Of a stretch of 32,000 bases of DNA, positions 1 to 10,095 are shown piece by piece. The number at the start of each line of letters is the position of its first letter. Positions within the stretch are counted from its first letter, which is position 1. Origin of the DNA: Mesoplasma florum L1 (lineage in GTDB: Bacteria; Bacillota_I; Bacilli_A; Mycoplasmatales; Mycoplasmataceae); the NCBI RefSeq assembly GCF_000008305.1, contig NC_006055.1, positions 660,001 through 692,000 of the forward strand, given 5' to 3'. The notes under the pieces are model-generated. The model worked only from the letters and a program-made list of their open reading frames with translations. It was not told where the DNA came from and did not search any database. The position numbers were made by a program, and so were the translations under genes.

Positions 1-457
1 ATTTAGTCTTATCATATTTTGACATTAAGAAAAGAAAAAGTATGTTTCCTAAATATAATAGACACCATGGTAGTAATATAAATCATAATTCGCGTTCAAA
101 TATATCCTTGAATTTTAATTTTTCGCTTGCTTTAAATTTCACTAACTTTATTCTAAAAATAATTTTTCCTACTGTTTTACCATTAAAAAAGTATGGTAGT
201 AAAACAAAGTAGGAAAAATTTCATATTAATGCTGCTGAAAAAATTATAAATAAGAAAATTCAATTACCTTCTTTAGCTTGATCTTTAAAGATAAATCCTA
301 AAATTAAAAATAATAAAGAACTAATAATTAAATCTGTAAGTCTTGCAAAAAATATTTTTCATAAACTTGGTAAATAAAATTCATTTTCCTTTAATGCGTT
401 TTCTTCTACTTTTAATAATTCATAATTTCCATCAACATTTTTATTTACTTCAAACAT
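1..457 (-). CDS. hypothetical integral membrane protein, 3' end cut by the window edge (weak RDD-family resemblance)
   Basis: Minus-strand ATG at 455-457, 6 nt after the stop of the upstream GT gene, with AGGA about 11 nt upstream. Manual translation stays open to position 1 with only TGA codons: MFEVNKNVDGNYELLKVEENALKENEFYLPKLWKIFFARLTDLIISSLLFLILGFIF... It has several hydrophobic helices. It is absent from the ORF track because TGA splits it. Confidence 0.45.
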
Positions 458-463
458 TATCAA

Positions 464-1423
464 TTATCCTAATTTTTTTAGTCGTTCATTAATAAAGCTA
501 TTGAAATTTTCCATTCTTATTGTGAAATCTGGGTTTGCGTTTTCTAAGAAAATTGCATTTTGTGTTGTGAATTCCTTCACTTTTCTGTCAAGTTTTGTAT
601 TAACAAATAAAATTGCTTTTTTATTAATAGCTGGATTCTTGATGCTTTTTGAAAGATTCAAGAAATCATATGCCATACAGTAATTGGCTGCAAAGTTTAA
701 TTCATCTTTAAATTCTTTATATGTTCCAATTCTTCTGTAGTAGTTTAATACGTGAGGTCATTGATTAACTATATCAAAAATTGAGTATTTAGGTACAGAT
801 ACTTTATGTTTAAATAAAACATCTCCTGATAAATAAAAGTTTCTTGAGTGTGCAAGTGCCATAAATAAAAATAACATATCAAATCTAACATTCTTTTTGA
901 AAGTTATTCTAAAATCTTTTATAAATTTACTTCTAAATAATTTACCATAAATTTCTTGTGAAATATAAGCAAATACTTCTTTATTATCTTGTAAATCATA
1001 CAATTTATTTGTTTCTAATAATGGTTGTGTATCACCCTCAAATAAATTTGATTGTTCATACTGAACTTCAATTAAATCTATTTTAGCTTCGTTTGATTCA
1101 ACAATGTTTTGTACTGTCTGTACATAATTTTCATTAATTAAATCCCCTTCTTTTAAAAATGAAACATACTCACCGCGAGCTAACTCTATCCCATTATTTC
1201 AATTTAATGATTCTCCTTGACCTTTTGAATTAAAGATTAGCATAATTTTGTCGTTTTCAATAAACTGATCTCTAACAAAATCTATAGCTTCTTTTTCAAT
1301 GTTTGGTTCGTCAACTACTATGATTAACTCATATGAATCATTAGTTTGTTTTTTTAGTGTATTAATTGTTTTAAATAATTTTTCTTCTCTAGCTTGGCTA
1401 GAAATAATAAATGAAACTAACAT
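464..1423 (-). CDS. glycosyltransferase family 2 (319 aa)
   Basis: Track ORFs 1199-1423, 758-1003 and 464-676 share one frame and are joined by TGA (tca at 1199-1201 and 758-760). Both gaps were translated with no TAA/TAG. The N-terminus SFIISSQAREEKLFKTINTLKKQTNDSYELIIVVDEP and the segment NNGIELARGEYVSFLKEGD are typical of the GT-A/GT2 fold. Confidence 0.8.
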
Positions 1424-1595
1424 TCTTTTACCTCTCTTGAATATAACTATATATATTTTACACTAAAAGGTATTTTTTTGTTATTTATTCCTTTAAGTAG
1501 TTATCGATGAACCTAATTATTTTTTAAAATGATTTTAAGATATAATAATAAATAACGAGAATACAATAAGTTTTTTAACATGAAAGGATGATATT

Positions 1596-2198
1596 ATGAG
1601 TATAAAAAATTATTTATTACAAAATGAAATACCAACTAACGAATGATTAACAAAAGATGATAACAAAGAAGTAATTAGATCTGTTTCTACAAAAGTAGCA
1701 GATGTTAATAACTTATCAAAAGATGAAGAACTAACAATGAAAAAATTAATTGATTTTGTTGTAGCTAGTCAAGACGAAGAATTTAATTATGAAGGTAAAG
1801 AAGACTATTTACGTCCCGCTGTAGGGCTTGCCGCACCTCAAATTGGTGTAAATAAAGATATGTTTTATATTAGATTTAATTTACCAAACAACCAAATAGA
1901 AGAGTATGCAATGATTAACACAGAATACCTGGCAAAATCATCAAGAATGGCAGCATTAGAAGAAGGCGAAGGATGTTTAAGTGTTGATGAAGACAAACAT
2001 GGAATTGTCCCAAGATCTTGAATAATTTCTGTTAAGGGGTTTGACTGATTAAAAAAAGAATGAGTCGAATTAAAACTTAAAGACTATCGCTCTATTGTTT
2101 TTCAACATGAAATGGACCACAATATTGGTAACTTATACTATGACCATATTAATGTTAATGAACCTGAATTTATTGGCGAAGATTGAGTTGTTCTTTAA
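1596..2198 (+). CDS. def: peptide deformylase (200 aa)
   Basis: ATG at 1596 follows AAAGGA and is in frame with track ORF 1737-2021, continuing through TGA codons to TAA at 2196-2198. All three deformylase motifs are present: GLAAPQIG, EGCLSV and HEMDH. Confidence 0.9.
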
Positions 2199-2346
2199 TT
2201 TATGATATTATCAATTTAACAAAAAACAAATTACATATTAAATGTTAAGTCATTATATTTTAATTAATAATCATAAAAATGAAAATTTAATAGTTAAAAC
2301 ATAAGTAATATTTATGTATGTTTATTTTATATAAAATGGAGGAAAA

Positions 2347-4113
2347 ATGGAAAAGGAAAAAATAACTTCTACTAATCAAATTATTGAAAAAGAAGATTTT
2401 GAACCTTTTGTTTTTAAACAAAAAGAAGTTCAAAGAAAATATATTAAAACTGAATCACCAACTAAAGTTTTTGCTTTAGGTGGACTTGAAGAAATTGGTA
2501 AAAATACTTACTGTATAGAACATGAAAACGAAATTATTATGATTGATGCTGGAGTTAAGTTCCCAGATGATTCTATGTTAGGTATTAATGCAGTTATCCC
2601 TGATTATTCATATTTAAAAGAAAATGAATCAAAAATAAAAGCGCTTTTCATAACTCATGGACATGAAGATCACATTGGTGGAATTCACTATTTAGTTAAA
2701 CAAGTTAATATACCTGTTATTTATGCACCTGAATTAGCTGCTGCTTTAATTAGAGATAGATTGAAAGAACATAAATTAACTGACAAAACAATTGTTAAAG
2801 AATACGTTGCTGATGATATATGAGCAACTAAAAATTTACGTGTAAGTTATGCAGCTTTAAACCACTCTATTCCTGATGCTTTTGGTATTTTAGTAGAAAC
2901 ACCAAATGGAAATATTTTTTCAACAGGGGATTATAAATTTGACTGATCACCTTTAGGACACTTTGCTGAATTAAGTAAATTAGCCAGCATGGGTGATAAA
3001 GGAATTGAACTTTTAATGTCTGATTCAACAAATGCTGAAGTTGAAGGTTATACACCTGGTGAAAAAGGAATTATTGAAAATATCGATAAATTGTTCTTAA
3101 AAGCAAAAGGTAGAATTTTTATTACAACTTTTGCTTCTAACGTTCACCGTATTCAACAAATTGTTGAGTTAGCTAACAAATATGATAAAAAAGTTGTTAT
3201 CCTTGGAAGATCAATTGAAAGAATTATTAAAATAATCCGTCAAATGGGTCACTTAAAAATTAATGATAAAATGTTTATTAAAGCAAATGACATTGATAAA
3301 CATCCAGCAAATAAAATAATGATTATTTCTACAGGTAGCCAAGGTGAACCAATGGCAGCTCTTTCAAGAATTGCTACAAATAGACACCAATCTATTTCTA
3401 TTATTCCTGGTGATACAGTTATTTTCTCTTCATCACCAATACCTGGAAATAGAGCTGATGTTGAAATCTTAATTAATAGACTAACTAGAATTGGTGCTAA
3501 TGTTATTGAATCTTCACCAAGCAACAGAATTCATACTTCAGGTCACGCTAGTCAAGAAGAGCAAAAATTATTATTTACATTATTAAGACCAAATTACTTT
3601 ATGCCAATGCATGGTGAGTTCAGAATGTTAAAAAAACATATTGAAACAGCTGAATCTGTTAACCTACAAAAAGGGCATGGATTTGTTATGGCAAATGGTG
3701 ATCAATTAGAATTATTACAAGGTAATGCTCAAATTGGTAAACGTGTTGATGCTGATGCTATTTATGTAGATGGAAAAGATATGACAGCTCATGCTTCAAA
3801 CATAATTAGAGAACGTGACATATTAAGTAAAGACGGTTTAATTTCAGTTGTTGTTTCAATTGATTCTCAAACTAATAAATTATTATGTGCGCCCAGAATT
3901 ATTTCACGTGGAAGTTTTTATGTAAAAGATTCAGGTAATGTAATTAGTGAAGCAATTACAATTGTTACAGAAGCTATAAATGAAGTGCTAAATTCTAATA
4001 AACCTACATTTGGTGCAATAAAAAAAGCGATTAAGCAATCACTTTCTCCATATATATTTAAAACTAAACGTAGAAATCCATTAATCATTCCAGTTATATT
4101 AAACAAAAAATAA
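2347..4113 (+). CDS. rnj: ribonuclease J (metallo-beta-lactamase/beta-CASP, 588 aa)
   Basis: Track ORFs 2347-2823 and 2989-4113 share one frame, and the gap was translated ([44 protein letters not shown]). Contains the HGHEDHIGG zinc motif and a [16 protein letters not shown]-terminal catalytic region. RBS GGAGGA lies upstream. Confidence 0.9.
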
Positions 4114-4137
4114 GAGTTTTTAAACTCTTATTTTTTT
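4112..4137. terminator. bidirectional intrinsic terminator between rnj and the ABC permease
   Basis: Hairpin AAGAGT-TTTTAA-ACTCTT is followed by T7 on the plus strand and by TTTTTTGTTT on the minus strand. It sits between convergent stop codons at 4111-4113 and 4136-4138. Confidence 0.6.
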
Positions 4138-6751
4138 AATAATTAATGTTTGTGATTTTTAACTTTTTAATATTTTTTGAATATTTAATAGAATTCTTTA
4201 AGTCTTTTCGTGTTTTTAAATCTGTTGTTGTTTTTAATGATTTTCTAAATTTAATTATTTCTAATTTTGATTCTTGTCTAACTTGTACAACTCAAGCTTT
4301 TCTTTTTGAAGCAAAATCTTTTTTATTATTCTTGAATTTTAATTCTTCTAATTTGACAATATTATTGTCAGTTATTGAACTATCATATTTTTTTCTAATA
4401 TCATAGAAATCTATATATGCCTTATTTCATGCATCTTTAAATGATAGCTTTTCTTCTTTTTTCATTGCTATTGCATTATTTAATATAGTTTGATTTGTGT
4501 AAGCATATAAAGACATTGATTCTTCATATGATAATTTAGAGTCTATATTTAATTGTTTTTCATTTGATTTAAAAGTTGCAAAGTATCTTTGATTTACAAA
4601 ATTTATTATTGAAGAAATTCAATTTAAATTAGTTCCAAATGAAAGTTTATTTCTTATTGAAGCTGAAATAAATTCAATTAATAGTGTAAATAAAATAATA
4701 CCGAATAATAACGCTCCAAATTCATTAAAATATTGATCAGAAAAATATGAATTTAATAAATATCCCATATTACCAGCTCCGACAGCACCTAACATTGCAA
4801 CTTCTTTAAAGTTTATATCAAATCTATAAATAATATTTGACATCGCTGCTGTTGATGTTTGAGACATTATCCCATATCTTAATTTGGTAAATCAATTAAC
4901 TCCTGTTGCTTCAAGTTGAAAAATTATTTTTTGATTTATATCATCAAATAACTCTCTATTATATTTTGTAAGCATACCTATAGTTCCCATAATAAGCGCT
5001 AATACACCTGTAAAAGGACCCATTCCAACAACAATTACAAATATTAATGCATAAATATAACTTGGGATTGCCCTCATCATTGATGTTAATGCGACAAAAA
5101 TTCTTGCTACATATTTATTAACAATTTTTTCTGATGATAACATACCTAGTACATATGCAATCACTGCACCTATAAAAGTTCCTACAACTGCTATCGATAA
5201 AGTTTCATATAAAAGATACATAACACTATAGGGTGCATTACTGTTTCCACCATTTGCTTTAGAAATGAATAACGATGATCAATTTATTTTTAAAATTTCT
5301 AATAAATTTTTATTTGTTGCTTCAATTAATTCTTTTGATGAAAGTTTAAATTCTAGTAATGTTAATGTGTAAATGAAGAAACCTAAAATTATTGCATATA
5401 AAACTATTCTTTTAATATAATTTTTAGGTTCACTTCTTAAAACTTTCTCAACAGATAGATTTTCAATAAAATTTTTATGAGCATCAGCTCTTTCATTTTT
5501 TATTTCTTCTATTTTTGCATTTTTAATTTCATTAACTTTAAATTTAAATTTTACTTTATTTACTTTATCTATTCTATAACGTAAGCCAGTTTCAAAATCT
5601 TTTGCATACAAGTCAAAACTATTTGGATTTGATTTCTTTAATTTTTTATAAGCTTCGATGTCATTTTCTATTTTAGTACTTAAGTCACTTTTAAAGTTAT
5701 TTATTAATTCTTTTTTTTCCTCTACCAATTTTTTGGTATTTTCTTGGCTTTTAGAATCATTTATTTTTTTATCTATATCTACACAAAGTACATTTTTAAT
5801 ATAAAAATTAATGTCTTTTTGAGATTTTATTTTATTTATTTTTTTATCAAATTTTCTTTGCTCTTTACCATCTATTCTAAAATCTTTATCTTCAATAATG
5901 TAATTTCTAATTAATCATATTGAAAGTTCTAAAAATAGTATAACTGCAACTAATAGAGTTAATAAGAAACCAACTCTATTTCACTCATTATAGTCAACTG
6001 CATTGTTTATCATTTGACCTATTCCCATTCTTGTTACACCCGCAATGATTGAAACGTATCTTATGTTAGTTTCAAGAGAGTAAAACATTATTGAAAGTAC
6101 ATGATGAGATACCTGAGGTCAAACAGCTGCTCTAAATGATACAGATTTATTAGCTCCAGTTGATTGAGAAGCAGTAAATATTTTAATATTTATTTGTTCT
6201 ATTCTTTCATACAATGTTTTACCTGAAATTGAAAATGTAAACATAGTTAATGAAAGTGTTACTGTGAAAGTGGTAGCACCAAAATAATTTACAAGAACTA
6301 ATGCATACACAAATGATGGTATAGTTCTGAATATTGAAAGTATAAGTCTAGCTATAAAATTTACAGATTTATTTTTTACAATATTTGAAGAAGCTAAAAT
6401 AGCTACGGGAATTGCAATTACAACACCAATAACAGTTCCAGCAAATGCCATAACGATAGTGTCTCATATAGAAACAAAAGCGTTATATAAAAATGAGTGC
6501 CCTGTTCCATTTATTGTGCTAAAGTCAGTTCAATCTCATTTAAACATTTCACCTATTCTTTCAAAAAGACTAGGCATATCTCTAAAAAACTCTAATCATT
6601 TTGAATCTAATGTAAAAAATGAGAGTATTACTATAAAAAGCGTAAATAAAGTTATTGATCAAAAGAATATTTTTTTTGGGGATTTTGAATAGTTATCTTT
6701 TATCTTGAATGCTTTTTGATTCAAAATAGAATTTGATAATCTTTTAGTCAT
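4136..6751 (-). CDS. phnE: ABC transporter permease, fused tandem PhnE-type domains with a charged linker and a basic C-terminal tail (871 aa)
   Basis: Track ORFs 6119-6451, 5279-5728, 4892-5221 and 4619-4867 share one frame. I translated all gaps and the regions 6452-6751 and 4136-4618 and found only TGA, no TAA/TAG. ATG at 6749-6751 overlaps the upstream stop (TAATG). There are two hydrophobic permease blocks (AFAGTVIGVVIAIPVAILASSN..., VVGTFIGAVIAYVLGMLSSEK...). The symbol is family-level only; the substrate is uncertain. Confidence 0.8.
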
Positions 6752-7500
6752 TATTTTCCGTAAATTTCTTCTAATTTGGATTCATTTAATTTTTTAGGGT
6801 CCCCATCAAATACTATTTCTCCATCTTTTAATCCTATTATTCGATCACAATATTTTAATGCTAAATCGACATGATGAATATTTATAATAACTGTTATATT
6901 TAATTCCGAGTTAATTTTCTTAAAATCTTCCATAACTCTATTTGCTAATATTGGGTCAAGTGCTGAAACAGGTTCATCTGCTATTATTATTTTAGGATTT
7001 TGATTTATTGTTCTTGCTAAAGCAACACGTTGTTGCTGACCACCAGACAAATTATCAGCCCTAATATATGAAAACTCAAGTAAATTAAGTTTTTCAAGAG
7101 CTGCAAGAGCATTTTGTTTTTCTTCTTTGGTAAAAAAACCTGCCATTGCTCTAAAAAAATTCATTTGAGCAACTCTTGAGTTTAAAACATTTTTTAAAAC
7201 TGTTTGTTTTTCAATGTTGTTATACTCTTGTGACATTAACCCAATGTGTTTTCTTAAATTTCTTAAAGATTTACCTTTAGTTTTATTAATTTCATATTTT
7301 TCATTTTCATTTATATCAATAAAAATTTCTCCAGAGCTAATATTATTTATCTTATTTATGGTTTTCAACAATGTAGTTTTACCAGCTCCTGATAAACCAA
7401 TAACAGCAACAAATTCACCCGCATTAATTTTTAAATTAATGTCTTTTAAAACATGTTTTCCATTTGGTCAAACTTTTTCAACTTTTTTAAATTCTATCAT
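6751..7500 (-). CDS. phnC: ABC transporter ATP-binding protein, PhnC-type (249 aa)
   Basis: The start [45 protein letters not shown] was recovered upstream of track ORF 6751-7371 in the same frame, with one TGA read as W. Contains Walker A [9 protein letters not shown], signature LSGGQQQR and Walker B IIIADEP. Confidence 0.9.
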
Positions 7501-7518
7501 TATATTCACTTAGCAAGC

Positions 7519-7541
7519 AAAATACGCAAAATGCGTATTTT
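7519..7541 (-). terminator. intercistronic 10-bp stem-loop (possible partial terminator or mRNA stabiliser after the binding-protein gene)
   Basis: Perfect inverted repeat AAAATACGCA-AAA-TGCGTATTTT in the 69-nt gap between the binding-protein stop (7570) and the ATPase start (7500). Its U-tract is short. Confidence 0.4.
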
Positions 7542-7569
7542 AACTATCTTTCTATTAAAATTTCTTTTA

Positions 7570-8787
7570 CTAAAGATCTTTTATTAATGCTTCAATTTTT
7601 TCTGCTTCAACACTAGTAACAGTTATTTCTTTATCTAATGCTGTTTCTCATTCAATTGGGGCTTGTTCTCCTTCAGGGCCAATATAATCTGCATGATTGT
7701 AAACATTAAAAATTTCTTTGTTTTCTTCTTTACTAATAAGATCTTTGAATGAATCTCTTAAGTCTTTTATAACTTTATCATCATTCACTCTTTTTCTAGA
7801 ATACATTATTCCGTCATTTATTATTTTGTCAGTCATTCCAATAACACTTGTATTTTTAAAAGCTTTTATTGAAGCTGCTTCATCTTTAATTTCGTATCTA
7901 ATATCACTGAAACCAACAGCAACACTTTCTGAATTAGATACAACTTCTGCAGCACTTGGATAATTCTCTTGTTTTTTTGAGTTTATGTATATGTATTTAA
8001 CTTGTTGATCGTTAAATTTGGCTACATTTTTAAGTCACATCAAAGGATAAATAGTACCTGCACTTGAAGTTTTACTTTTAGAAACAGCAAAATTTACAGT
8101 TCCCTTTGCTTCATCACCTTTTGCATCTGGTAAAATTAATTTTCTCAAAGTTTCTCCATATGAATCATCTTGAATTGAAGAAATATCAATTCCTTGTTTT
8201 TCCAATAATTTATTGTTAACGTATACATATGATCTATAATATGCTGATTTTTCTTTTGTATCTAAATATTTTTCTCTAATTTGTTCTTTTGTAATATTTT
8301 CTTCTTCTGAAATATCCAATAATTCATTATAATTTTTTGCATATTTTAATGAGTCACTTTGTGTTATAGGACCATCTGGCATACCAGCTTCAACACTATA
8401 TGCATCTCTAGAAGATTCAAGAAGAATACCTAGTTTGTCATATGTTCCGTCTTCTTTCAGAGTACCTTTATTTTTATTGTAAGTTCCTACTGGTAAAAAT
8501 GCTAAATCAGCTTTACCAGCAGCCAATGTTGATCCAGCAGCTTCATAATTTGTAGAAGTTGAAATTTTAACTTTTTTAGTAAATGTTTCGCCACGCTCTT
8601 CAGCTCTTGCTTTCATTTCTGCTTGTAGTTTTCCTTCCAATGGTTTAACTGTGTTAATAACTTCAGTTGCATTATTTGATGGAATAAAAATAATGTCAAA
8701 TGTATCTGTTGTTCCACATGAGACAACTGTTGTTGCAGCTGTTCCTGTTAATCCAATTGCGCCAACTATTGCTAATAATTTTTTCAT
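7570..8787 (-). CDS. phnD: ABC transporter substrate-binding lipoprotein, PhnD/p37 family (405 aa)
   Basis: Track ORFs 8035-8787 and 7648-7836 share one frame. The gaps were translated with TGA only, and the gene ends at TAG 7570-7572. It has a signal peptide with a lipobox (MKKLLAIVGAIGLTGTAATTVVSC), RBS AGGGGGA, and PhnD-like segments AAGKADLAFLPVGTY and AVGFSDIRYE. The symbol is family-level only. Confidence 0.8.
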
Positions 8788-8843
8788 ATTTCCCCCTATT
8801 TTGAAAAAACCAACTTAAAGAAAAACTTTAAAAAATAGAAAAA

Positions 8844-8870
8844 AGAGGTTTTTTTTTACAAAAAACCTCT
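8844..8870 (-). terminator. intrinsic terminator forming the riboswitch expression platform
   Basis: Minus-strand RNA AGAGGUUUUUU-GUAA-AAAAAAACCUCU is followed by UUUUUUCUAUUUUU. It lies 4 nt downstream of the aptamer and about 55 nt upstream of the binding-protein start codon. Confidence 0.65.
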
Positions 8871-8874
8871 ACAC

Positions 8875-8937
8875 ACTTATAGTCCCGAGATTGGTCCCGG
8901 GGCGGTTCAGTAGCCCATTATGCTACCCTGTATAAGT
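8875..8937 (-). promoter_or_regulatory. purine-riboswitch-family aptamer, 2'-deoxyguanosine-type variant (Mesoplasma florum MFR-like)
   Basis: A GC-rich island in an AT-rich spacer. The minus-strand RNA ACUUAUA-CAGG-GUAGC-AUAAUGG-GCUAC-UGAACCGC-CCCGGGA-CCAA-UCUCGGG-AC-UAUAAGU folds as a three-way junction with P1 of 7 bp, P2 of 5-6 bp and P3 of 7 bp. The 5' half and the ACUAUAAG 3' junction match my memory of the M. florum type I-A 2'-dG aptamer almost exactly. P3 differs in sequence but keeps its pairing. Confidence 0.7.
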
Positions 8938-8961
8938 TTTTCTTATTAAGTTGTTATTTAC

Positions 8962-8990
8962 ATTTTAAACATATTTTTAAAAACAAACAA
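8962..8990 (-). promoter_or_regulatory. candidate sigma-70-type promoter for the riboswitch/ABC operon
   Basis: On the minus strand: TTGTTT (8985-8990), a 17-nt spacer, then TAAAAT (8962-8967), about 25 nt upstream of the aptamer. AT-rich DNA produces many such matches. Confidence 0.35.
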
Positions 8991-9081
8991 TAGTTTATGA
9001 AAAAAATATTTTTTTCTTACATTATACTTTTACAGGTAAAAATATTATAATTAATCTAACCATAAAAGGAGATTATAAAAT

Positions 9082-10032
9082 ATGGCTATAAATAGAAATT
9101 ATGGGCGAAGCTATATTCCTAGAGGGTTTATAAAATTTGCTCAAATATTAGGTACAGCAGTAACAGCTCTTATTCTAATAATGACAATTTACTTTTTTTC
9201 AAGTAGTGATTTCTTGGGTTCAGGTGATCCAAACACAGTTACATTTAGTTCTTTAATAATTGGTATCGAGATTTACTTCTTGTGAAAATCAATATATTCA
9301 GCATATGTGATAATTAGTTATTTAAATTCTGCTTCAGATGAAGAAGTAATTGCTAATAGATATATACTTGCAATTTTGAGTGTTGGGGTTGGAGGATTAA
9401 TTACACCTTTCATACTAACATCATTACCAAACATTGAAACTCAATCTTCAATGAATCCAAGAGCATTCTTGGCAAAACATTTAGGATTAACAATGTTAAT
9501 CGGTTTTACATTATTTTTAGTATCTTTTGTTTGAATTACTTTATCATCAGGAATAACATTTAATGAACTAATTGATACAAGTACTGATTTTGGATTAATC
9601 GGATTCTTATCTTTAACTTTATCAATTGTTGGTTGATTAATAGGTGTACTTGGATTTGGATTATTTTCAAGAAGCAATTCATCTGATTTAATGAAAGAAA
9701 AGAACTTACAAGGATATATGATGCAAATAGTTGGTGTTATTTTTACAATCATTGCCACTTTAGAATTAGTATTCTTAATTATAATGGCTATCTTTAGATT
9801 AATAGGTGTTATATTCCAATCATTTAGTTATATGAACCGTTACGACGGATTCCTTAAAGTATTCGCAATATTCTTGGCATTTTCTAGAATAGGACTTGAA
9901 ATTTGATATGTTACTTGAGTTGTTTCAATGTATTCAAAAATTATTTCAGGGCTTTGATCAAAAGAACAAGTTATTAAAATTAATAACTTTGAAAAAGTTG
10001 ATGAAGCTAGAGTTCAGGAACAAAAAGCATAA
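9082..10032 (+). CDS. hypothetical polytopic membrane protein (316 aa)
   Basis: Track ORFs 9082-9285, 9307-9534 and 9691-9906 share one frame joined by TGA, and the gene continues to TAA 10030-10032. RBS AAAGGAGA is at about 9065. Hydrophobic helices run throughout. I recognised no family motif. Confidence 0.7.
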
Positions 10033-10059
10033 AAAAACGGATTTAACTCCGTTTTTTTT
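10031..10059. terminator. bidirectional intrinsic terminator
   Basis: AAAAAAACGGA-TTTAAC-TCCGTTTTTTTT lies between convergent stops at 10030-10032 and 10096-10098, with an A-run on one side and a T-run on the other. Confidence 0.6.
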
Positions 10060-10095
10060 ATTATGAAATATTAATCGAATTCTAAAACAAATATG

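Noticed and set aside
4146-4406. Plus-strand track ORFs that lie antisense to real genes: 4146-4406, 501-683, 6459-6692, 7214-7513, 7718-7963, 11570-12106, 12449-12691, 12981-13367, 15864-16097, 16294-16500, 18944-19423 and 24346-24624. The minus-strand ORFs 2867-3055, 3249-3524, 3918-4106, 9441-9758, 30321-30515 and 31187-31423 are of the same kind.
   Set aside because: Each sits entirely inside a longer, motif-supported gene on the opposite strand. They have low-complexity, Phe/Leu/Ile/Ser-rich 'shadow' composition and no RBS. They are typical antisense artefacts of AT-rich coding DNA.
8875-8937. A TPP (THI-box) riboswitch, considered because PhnD/p37-family binding proteins in Mycoplasma are linked to thiamine pyrophosphate and the element contains AUAAUG and CUGA-like strings.
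   Set aside because: At 63 nt the element is too short. The conserved TPP blocks (GGGGUGC...CUGAGA...ACCC...CCUGAUCUGGAUAAUGCCAGCG) are neither present nor in the right order on either strand. The purine/2'-dG three-way-junction fold fits far better.
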